Source: the human T2T-CHM13v2.0 reference genome, Homo sapiens. Taken from it: 64,000 bases of DNA. The stretch lies in assembly GCF_009914755.1 (NCBI RefSeq), contig NC_060937.1; one strand, 5' to 3'. The notes under the pieces were generated by a model. It saw nothing but the letters and a program-made list of their open reading frames with translations, was not told the DNA's origin and did no database searches. The first letter of the stretch is position 1. Every line of letters starts with the position of its first letter. Below are positions 53,136 to 64,000 of the stretch, piece after piece. Made by a program: the position numbers and the translations under genes.

Positions 53136-55150
53136 CAAGGTGGACCATCTTAAATCGTATACATTAAAAAAAATCCCACCTTTGTTTTCTCATCTAAGTA
53201 TAATGGATAATTTCTGGATATTATATACATATATATGTATTCACACTCACTTTCTATTGCTTAATTTTTTAACATAGTTCTGAGTAGTCTCTCACTCATA
53301 CTCACGGAATACACTGGTTGAGTATTTATGAATACTTACAAAATACACTCCTATCCAATACAATCTATTATCAGCATCTAGGATATTGTATTTTCTCACT
53401 CTATAGATCAGGAAAAGAAGACAATGACTTCATTTGGAAACAATATTCTGATAATATAAGCATGAGTCTCATGATTATCCTGTTGTAGACATTCAATGAT
53501 GATTGCTCACAGCAGTGCATGCCACAGGAACTCACATAATAGTGTGGATTTCAAGAAAGAAAATCTAACTATACCTCCAGGCAAAATGCTGAAAATAGGA
53601 CTGACATATGCATTTCGTCTAACATTACTATTGTATTTCATGGGGTAAATGAAAAAAAAAGTGCAGCCAACATTAAGAAAAACTTCCTGCAGGTGTTCTA
53701 GAATAAACTGTTTACACATTTTAATTTTGCCCTTTCACAGTTATTTAAATATAAGTAAAGTGAGAGAAAAGCAAAGAACTTCACAATAATCACATGTCGG
53801 GTCTAATTTCGTGATACACATGATATCATGGTATCACCTAGTTTGGAAAGAATATCCTAACCAGACGCAGTTGTCTTTGCCCAATATGCTATTCTTAATG
53901 ATGTCCTGAATTGCAAATCATACAAAAACTTATAATTTCCACAAATATTTTAACAGAATTTCAATAATTAAGAAGGATACATTTGACATTTTAGTTCATG
54001 ATAAACAACCAAAAGTTATTTCCACTTAATTTTAGATAGATGCATCCAGAACATACCATTTTGTAAAAGTTGCTTTTCCTATATGTAAGCTAAGTTTTAT
54101 ATTTGTTTCTATTTTAGGTGTCAGTACTTATATAAATCCTTTCTACCTCTGACAGGAAATTTTCTACTTAATCCATTTTGTTAATTCATAATGCTTTAAT
54201 GAAATGGCTGTAGTTTTGATGTTTTTGAGTGATCATACTCCATTTTTGTATACTTGCTTTTGACAAGAAACATTGGGGTATGTGGCCTGTAGCTTCTTCC
54301 ATTCTTTGATCTAGTCAATTAGCAGCTTACGTACTCATAAACTGTGGCACAGTGCTGCTCAGGAGCTGCCAAATCCCCAGGCTCAGATTAGATGCCATTG
54401 TCTCAGTGCTCACGAGAGAGGAAAAGCAGAGGAGCTGTGAGCCATGGAAGAAGCACAAATGCCGGAGGACAGGCTGGCTGTTGAGTCATTAGCCATACAT
54501 GGACACCCACAATAAATAAAGGAATAAGATGGGATTGATCTAACCTCAGAGGATTAGCTCATAGTTAAATCTTGTTTGCACTTTCTGTTAAAATATAGAC
54601 TATTGCATTTTAGAAATAACGTTTATTTTAATAATGCTGATATGATTGAGAAGACTGGATATAGAGAGAAGAGATGGAAAACTTCACTTTCCCCAGGAAC
54701 AGCTTTCATGGTCATAAAATAAAGAGTTATGATGGAGTTACTTCAAAGCCACTTCTAGTGTCCAACTTTTATCATTTTATGTCTATAATGATTTATACTT
54801 ATGTACAAAGATACATCTTATAAGGAATAGATAAAGTCAGAATCCGAGCACTGATTTTTTTGGCATATTGTTCATTTTTCTCACTCTACCTCTGTTTTAC
54901 CCCCAAATTTCCCTTCTCTATTTCTCAGTCTTTCCAAATACTGAACAAACCTTCCATTTCCTTGTCAGTCCTGGCACTGAAGAAGATCACTGTACTCAGA
55001 AAATTCTGTCGTACAGCGTTCCTTCCAGAAGGGACTCTGAATTGGAGTTCACTTAGCCTATGTCTCAGTCAATGTCTGGGGTGTTGCTATTCTTTAAAGT
55101 ACTGCTAACAGCATGATTGAGGAATCATTTAAATATAAATATTGCATTTA

Positions 55151-55597
<447 letters not shown>

Positions 55598-55778
55598 TTA
55601 AATAAATAATTTACTATTTTTATTACTATATTTCAGTCAATTTTATCTCAGTTTTACTTATTTTAGCATTTGTTATCTGAGTACAGTGTTAATCTGAGTA
55701 CAGATTACAGTGTGGAATCAATTTGGCATCTTTAGTTTGGCTAAAAGGCACATACATGTTGAGTGTTTATTTAGAGTT

Positions 55779-56152
55779 TGCTGTGGTTTGAACGTTTGTC
55801 CCCTCCAAAACTCATGTTGAAATGTAATCCCCAATGTGGCAGAATTGAGATGTGGGATCTTGAAGAGATGATTCATGGATTAATGGATTGATGGATTATT
55901 ATGGGAGTGGGACTGGTGGCTTTTTAATAAGTAGAAGATAGACCAGAGCTGACATGCTCAGCCTCCTTTCCAGGTGATGTCCTGTGCTATTTTGGGATTC
56001 TGCAGCGTCCCAAAAGCAAGAAGACCCTCACCAGGTGTGGTCCCTCAGCCTTGGATCCTCACCTCCATAACTGTGAGTAATAAACTTATTTTCTTTATAC
56101 ATTACCCAGTTTCAGGTATTCTGTTATAAGCAACAGGAAGCAGACTGAGATA
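55779..56152 (+). mobile_element. MST (MSTB2/MSTC-like) MaLR solo LTR
   Basis: TGCTGTGGTTTGAACGTTTGTCCCCTCCAAAACTCATGTTGAAAT...TTACCCAGTTTCAGGTATTCTGTTATAAGCAAC. Flanks GAGTT/GGGTT. Confidence 0.87.
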
Positions 56153-56579
56153 GGGTTCATTGACTCTGATGCATATGTTTCTTCTTTTTATCATTGTTTG
56201 TATTGTAAACAGAGCACCCTTTTGCTGAGCTACTATTCTATACTGAATAAGGGAACTATTCATCATGTATTTTTAATATGACTTTGCCATTGGCTTGGCT
56301 CAATGAATTCACGTATTGTTTTTGAATTGCCTTTCTTTTTACTACTTTCCTGAAATTTCAGCAACTTCTTATTTAGAAATTAGAATAGGGCATAAATCAA
56401 CACTATGAAATAAATTTAAAAGAATAACTTAGGTTCATAAATCAATATCAATGTTATCCATGAAATCAATTTAAAAGAATAACAGGTTTAGAGTGGAAAT
56501 ATGCTCTGTCTCTCTCTCTTTCAATCCAAGGAAGTTGTCAAATCCTGGATCTTCTACATTTCCTTGTATCCATCCATCT

Positions 56580-57290
56580 CCTCTATTCTTCTCCTACGCC
56601 TCTCTCAGGCTTCCTTTGCCTATTATTTAGGTTAGTATAGGGAATATCCAAGCTATCTCTGATTTCAAATTTTTCCCTTCCCATTCATTCTAGATAGCTG
56701 TCAGATTAATGTTTCTGGATACCTCTGACTTACTAGAAAACCATCAATGGCTCACCATTTCAAAATAAATAAAATCTATGCAATTTAGCCCAATATTACA
56801 GACCCAAATTTGTCTTTTACATTTGCTTCTCTCACTCTCTTCCTTCAGATTTCTACTGCATTAAAGAAGCCAGATTAACTGGAAGATATCTCTGCACATT
56901 TTATATACTTTTCTACCTTCATTACTTTGTTCAACTTTTTTCCTTCCTCTGGAAAACCTCTCTCCTCCCATGTCTGTTTTCTCAAATTGTAACTACATTG
57001 GGCCCAGATCACATACAGTCCCTGAAACTGACTATGACTTTTCAAGTTTCTGCTCTTCTTTAGTGGCTTTAATGATATGTCTCTTGATGACACCCAGAAC
57101 TTCCTGTATTCTATATTAATGATTTGTGTACATGAAGACTTTCTCCTGAGAGACTATAGCTCCTTGAAAACAGATAGGAGACTCCTTTATTTCGTATTTG
57201 TGATTGAGAAATACTTATTTTCTTTCCTAGAGTGCCCAAATACTCAATAAATATCTAATAGATGACGGAAATGCTCTTTGAGTAGATGGA
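56580..57290 (+). mobile_element. L2 fragments
   Basis: CCATCAATGGCTCACCATT; AGACTATAGCTCCTTGAAAACAG; TACTCAATAAATATC...GATG 3' end. Confidence 0.6.
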
Positions 57291-57935
57291 TGAGAAAAGA
57301 AATGAGGGAGGGCATTTTTAAATAGAATTTGAGAGTGTTTTGAGCTGATCATCTTGTTTTTCTCTCTGAAGCAGTTATGAGATTGTTACTGTTGGGAAAG
57401 AAGAAAGATAAAGGAGAAAAAAATCTTAGGCAATACATGAACAGTTTTAAGAACAGATGTAGCTTGTGGCCACATTATATTTAATAAGATAATAACAGTA
57501 AATTCTGCTTTCCCATGTGGTTGGAAATGGAAATGGGCCAGGTCAACTCGGTATATAAATTTTTTTCCAGCAACATTTTGCTCTTTAGGCTCAGAATTTG
57601 AGGCAGTGCATGGTAGAAAAAGCCTGTAAGTTTAATTCAAAAACTGTTTTGCCATACTTGAAAAATAGTTTTTGTAAAGGCTTAAAATAATTGCAGACAA
57701 ATAATACAGGGGAATATGTAATACAGCCAGGGACCAAAATAATATAAATGATTCCATTAAAAAAAAAAACTCTCACAATTGTCAAATAGACAATGGATGC
57801 TGCATTTGACAGTGTGAATCTATATAGCTGTCTTCTCTCTATGTACTTAGAAAATGGTCAGAGTATATAGTGAGCTGTTCAGATCAGGCAGGGAGCCAAG
57901 TTAAATTATTATCATTAGGAAAACAAAGTCCTTGA

Positions 57936-58244
<309 letters not shown>

Positions 58245-58789
58245 TGAATCATGGGACTAGTTTTAAGTAGAAAAGATATTCAATAGAAAGTTTAGTAAAT
58301 AAAGAACGGACAAGGAGAAACACAGCTAAATAGAAAATAACAAAAGGGAAAAGCTAGAAAAATATCTTAGGTACCTATACTAAAGATTTGGTTTCTGATA
58401 GTTCTTTAAGAAGGATGAAACATCAGGAGAAAGATGCCTGCACTAGGCTGAGATTCAAGAGACCTTGGCTTTTGTCCCTGGTAAAACTTGGCAAAATGTC
58501 TCATGTGATTCTGTGATCATGTCTCTGAACTGACTCAGGTCCAGCACTCAGACTCTCCCTCAGGCCCATTTACATCTCCTTTTTCTTTGTGTACCCCAGT
58601 AATAGAATCCATTGGGTAACATTGAAGCAATGACTTCAGTTTTCAGCTTGAAGGTCCAGATGGTTTAGCCAAAGTGCAAGTCAGTTCCTGAGAGCAATAA
58701 CAACATGAGGTTATCAGAACTGTGTATGCCGTGACTCTCAGATGTCTGAAGGCTATCATGCGAAACCTGGCTGTTCGTGGAAAGAATTA

Positions 58790-59215
58790 GTACATGGCTA
58801 CAGCTACTTAAAACATTGACCTAAAATAACAGAGTTTCAAACAAAATAGAGTTTTATTTCCTTCCCATGTAAAAGTCGGAGGAGAGAAATTCTACTCAGC
58901 CATCAGATACCTAGGCAATTGCATCATGCGCTGCACCATCTCTCCAGTGCTGTTCTCATCCTTGTGGTTTTCCAGGGCTTGTCACCACATCCATTTTTCA
59001 GGTAGCAGGATGGAGCAAGGAAAAGGAGATGATACATCTCTTCCACTTTAAGTTTCAGACATCTCATTAGCCAGAACTTGGTCACGTGCCACATCCATCT
59101 GCAAGGTAAACAGAAATATAGTCTCCATCCTGAGAGGTCATGTGATCTAGATAAAAACTCTATTACTATGAAAGGAAAGAATGGACTAATGAGGTAAACA
59201 AGTGTTTCCGTGGAA
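58790..59215 (-). mobile_element. LTR33-like ERVL LTR
   Basis: AAATAACAGAGTTTCAAACAAAATAGAGTTTTATTTC; CATTAGCCAGAACTTGGTCACGTGCCACATC...CTGCAAGG. Confidence 0.65.
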
Positions 59216-61038
59216 ACATGGCCACCCATGCATGAGCACACACTCCCTTCCTGTATCTCTCTCTTTTTACCAGTGTAATTTTCAATAAAACCACACTCCA
59301 GTCATTTGTTAAAAAGTGCATGTTAGTATTCTCACTATATAGACATTCTCAATGTTTCATTTGGCCAATTTATTAAAGTCAGCATTTGAGGCAGGCCATA
59401 TGGGTGTGTTTAGCTGCAGTGAATCAGTCATTTTGACTAAAGGAAATGTTTTTGGAAGGACATTGCAGAGAGAGCCCAGCGTGGGCTCAAAGTGATGAAT
59501 GCTTTGTTTTGCAGACTACATTAGACCAGGTGATTTTGGGGGTGAAGAAGTAAGGTGGGGAAAATCAAGTATTCTAATTAGACAGCTGATGATGGATTAT
59601 AAATTGTAAATAATTCTCTTAAATAGGCAAAGAGAAAAGGCTTTTCTTGATAGAATCAGGAACTAACACAGTCCCAATAGCAACTGATAATGATTAAACT
59701 GACTGGGGAATGATTAGGAGACATAAAAGGGAATATACAAAAATACTGGAAAGAAGCATCCATCATTAGCTAGGAGAATAACCTGAAAACCATGGCAATA
59801 ATAAAAGAAAAAAACAAGTGCTTCACTAAAGAGTCTGAGGTTGGCACAAATACCAAAGTATTCTCCAGAAACTTCAACCCAATAGTATGCACTGATGAAG
59901 TGATATTCCATCCCATACATTTCACAACATTTTAATGTTCTCTTATTTCCGCATTAGAAAATAAGAATATCCATATTCGGAACAACTGTTCATCCTGAGT
60001 CTAGTCATATTTTTGGCAATTATATTCAGCAACATTTTTAGGAGAATGTTATATTTCACCATGATATCAAAAGCTGGAGATTATTTAAATTCTTCTCAAC
60101 TCAAATCCTGTATACCTCTGAACATTTAGAAAGAGCTCTTTTTCTTGCCAGTGAAAGCACCTGAGAAAATAAGGCCCTTTGATTTTTTTATATGGGCCTT
60201 TCCAAATATTCTACTGCACATGACATTTTATTAAATCTGGGTTCTCTAAAAAGGAACTTTATAAATATTCACACAAAGATACCTTTCATTCCTTGTACAA
60301 CCATGTGTACATTGTATACCTATGTGTTTGTCCATGTGTGCGGATGCCATGCAAGAGAGAAACTTAACTAATTGTTTAATGATTGTTCCACACAAACTTT
60401 GCTGAAAGTACATATAAGTGCTGGTTTCACAGATTGTCTAATGAGTTGGTTTTTGTTTAATTATAGAAAGCAATTAAGTCTGCTGTGACATTTGAAGAAA
60501 GCCAGCAGGGTTTTCTTCTCAGATGTTTTCAGTTTTAAAGTCCAAAGAACTAGAATGAGAGTTGTGTTTGTCTCCAGCTATGAGTATTTCAAATGAGCTG
60601 TAAGTAAATAATATTTTGTGATGAGATTTTCTAATAAGCAGTAATTAAGATTTTCTTACTTATTTCTTAAATGATGACAGACACAGCTCACTCCAATTCT
60701 AGTTTGGTTTAACTCTGTGTGTGTGAAATACATTTTTATTTTTCATATTTTTAAGGCACAACTATTTACTATCAGCATTTTGTTATTTATACATCTTTTT
60801 AGTCAAAATTTTATAACAGTGGCCACATAATTTTTTGGAATAAAGTCGTAGTCAATTTTTTTAAAGAGGCATTTAAGGGTTCACTGTGGATTATAATCTA
60901 TTTCTGGAAGCACTCAGCTGGAAAAAAAGAAGTGAAAGCAATTTCAAGTTTTGACCAGCATCTTTAAAATATAAGAACATCATTTCCCAGGGAAACAATG
61001 AAAGCAACAAATGGTAATGTCATTTAAAAAAAAATTCA

Positions 61039-61333
<295 letters not shown>

Positions 61334-61991
61334 TTGGAGGACTTCCACAAACATTTAAATGATCAGAATCAACTTTGAAATATGTTATTTAACTAAGTCT
61401 GTTTTACCTTCAAAATGAACCAAGTTAGTATGATATAATTTATGAGTAAAATCTGTTGAAATCTTGAGCTTTATGTAATAAGAGTTTGAGAAAGCACAAG
61501 AATGAGGCAGCAAGAATGAACAAGCCATGAAAAAGCACAGCCTCAGTTTTGTAGGTTGATTTGCTTCATGGGCCAAAACTGCTTTCAGAAAATATTCTGA
61601 CATTAGCAAGAATGCTTTAAGAACAGAGATTTTTGTCTACTGCATTCATACTTACCAAATCAGCCACTTGCAATGCTGTGTTGAGAAGCAGTAAAAATAA
61701 GCCGGGATTAGGAGTCTTAACGACTGTCTCACTCCCTTTTCTTCTTTTTGGCCCTCTGAAGTCACTAGTGTATACAAACAAAAACTTAGAAAGAAAAAAA
61801 TCTCAAATACAGTGTTGCCCAACAAATGCAGTGTCCTCACCTCCTCACTCTTCAGAAAGCCCTCTGATCACCTCTGCTCACAAGTGCTACTTTGGGAAGG
61901 GTGGCTCTCATGACACCTAGGCAGGGGACAGGCCATGTTTAGCAAACACTAGTTCTTTCCTGTTACAAATCCTAAAACCACAATACCCATC

Positions 61992-62337
61992 TGTATGAGT
62001 CCGTTTTCACACTGCTGATAAAGACATACCTGAGACTCGATAATTTATAAGGAAAAAGAGGTTTCATGAACTCACAATTCTATGTGGCTGGGGAGGCCTC
62101 ACAATCATGATGGAAGGTGAAAGCCATGTCTCACATGGTGACAGACAAGAGAAAAGAGCTTGTGCAGGGAAACTCCCCTTTATAAAAACCATCAGATCTC
62201 ATGAGACTTATTCACTATTATGAGAACAGCACAGGAAAGACCCACCCTCATGATTCCATTACCTCCCACCGGGTCCCTCCCACCACATGTGGGAATTCAA
62301 AATGAGATTTGGGTGGGGACACAGCCAAACCATATCA
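61992..62337 (-). mobile_element. THE1A/B MaLR solo LTR
   Basis: TGTATGAGTCCGTTTTCACACTGCTGATAAAGACATACC...GGGGACACAGCCAAACCATATCA. Perfect TSD CCATC. Confidence 0.93.
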
Positions 62338-62593
62338 CCATCCCTATATGTATTTGTCATTGAATTGCTGATTCTTTGGTCAAAATTACCTAATATTACC
62401 TTTTTTCCTGATACTTGATTTTGAAATAAGTCCTATGAATCTGTAAGGCATCAGTTCTTTACTTGAGAGCCACCTGCTTGTTTCCTGATTGCAGAATAAT
62501 GCAGCAAAATTATACAGGATGGAATCCCCTCAAAGACAATGCCTCTGGAGAGAGATCCAGCAACTTACAGGAATGGGTCCACCTAGTTCAGGG

Positions 62594-62643
62594 CAGCCTA
62601 TATTTGTGGAAAACCATACAGCCTATATTTGTGGTAAACCATA
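62594..62643. repeat. 25-bp tandem duplication
   Basis: CAGCCTATATTTGTGG(A/T)AAACCATA x2. Confidence 0.92.
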
Positions 62644-63651
62644 AAGAACTTCACTCCAAACATATGGATAATTAATGTGTTTGAAATGAGAAAGAGGATG
62701 CAAGTCTGTAAGGTGATCATATTAGCAACATGGTTTTCAGAGAAAGAATGTGCACCCTAGCTCCTTTGGAAGGAGTTGCTTGACATTTCCCAGTATCTGA
62801 AATCAAAGTGCGGATGCCCTGCCCAATCCCCCTCAGAGGAGCACCTTTGCAGCTGATCACTGCCAGCCAGGAGCAGCCTTGTGTGTTCTGTGTGTGCAAG
62901 GTCAGGAAAAAGTTTGAAAACATAGCTATGAAGTAATAGAATATCTCTGTCAAAAAAGAAGTAGGGTCACTTATGATTGGAAATGTTTGAGCTGTAGAAA
63001 CTGTTGAAAAACTAAAGGATACTGCTTTTGTTTTTGAGTTATCACTCTTTTCTTGTCCTCAAAACAGAATGGAATATAGACACCTATGTGGGTGCACACA
63101 CACACTCTCACACGCACGCATGTACACACACATCTTTCCTCTCTCACCAGAAAAAAATGTTGTGTTGGAGAATAATGCAAACAGGCAAGGAACAAGCAGA
63201 CTTTAGACAAGACATTCATTTATTGTTACAAAGTGATTTGTGGCTACTCATTGCCAAATGACTGGAGCATGCAGTAATGGAAACCTGGGAATTAAAAAAA
63301 AACAAAACCTCAAAACACCAAAACTTACTGCCAACTCCACTGGTCAACAATACACTTAATATCTCAATCCCCTACTCCCTATCAAATAAACAACCTTTGA
63401 CTCAGAAGCCTCCTTTATATCTTTGAACATGGAAAAACAATGGGCTTTGCTGTTTTATTGGTGTTTAATTCCCAAGCACTTGTCCTTACTTAGGGATGGG
63501 GTTGCTCATGCAATTTAAATGTCCTCACATAAGTAGATTTTTGGCGATTGCTCCTGCACTTTTCATTTCAGTCAGCTGAGCAGGGTTTCTACATCCTATT
63601 TGCCTCCCTCGGAGAAGAGGAAATTTCTGCAAATTATTTTCTGTTTATTCT

Positions 63652-63767
63652 TGTGGTAAGGTAATTCACTTCCTCTAAGGCTCGACCTTCGGATTTGAAA
63701 ACGAAGTGAAAGTGAGTGTGAATACTGATATGACATCAATGTTTTGGAGATTGAGGGAAATTTCCCT
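63652..63767. promoter_or_regulatory. Candidate immune-inducible enhancer (RUNX, ETS/PU.1, IRF, ATF/Jun and NF-kB motifs)
   Basis: TGTGGT 63652; CACTTCCTCT 63667; AAGTGAAAGT 63704; TGACATCA 63731; GGGAAATTTCCC 63755. Motif evidence only. Confidence 0.5.
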
Positions 63768-64000
63768 TTGGCCAGTGGCTGATTTAAAGATGTAAAGAGT
63801 CCTATGTGGGGCATACTGAGTCCTGCCAAACCGACCTTCCCGTTCAGATGGTTTGGAAACTAGGCTGTGCCACATGCTATCTAATTTAGAGGTTTCTCTT
63901 AATCCTGCTATTTCCTATCATACATCAGGGGCTTTCACAACATAGCACATGTGTCTGGGAAAAACTGTAAGTGAAACAACCAGGGCAAATCTAAAGACCT

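Noticed and set aside
54085-54125. Splice-acceptor-like TTTGTTTCTATTTTAG|G
   Set aside because: No open exon or convincing donor follows, and such motifs are common in AT-rich DNA.

Overview
This is AT-rich primate genomic DNA, most likely human, from an intergenic or deep-intronic region. It is dominated by interspersed repeats: L1 of several ages, Alu J/S/Y and a FLAM monomer, L2, MIR, MaLR/ERVL/ERV1 solo LTRs including an ERV9 LTR12, and the DNA-transposon fossils MER47A, MER46C and MER20. I find no supportable protein-coding gene, RNA gene or CRISPR array. The listed ORFs are L1 ORF2 remnants, Alu or LTR read-throughs, or chance ORFs, and I found no convincing new multi-gene system. The most notable observations are an L1 3' transduction with an intact target-site duplication (TSD) at 2237-2421, a 5'-inverted Alu with twin-priming geometry at 55271-55582, a 7 x 40 bp minisatellite at 26367-26647, a small array of 22-bp hairpins at 20203-20372, a solo LTR12 promoter, and a dense ETS/IRF/ATF/NF-kB motif cluster at 63652-63767. 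Repeat subfamily names come from recalled consensus sequences, and the boundaries of old repeats are approximate.
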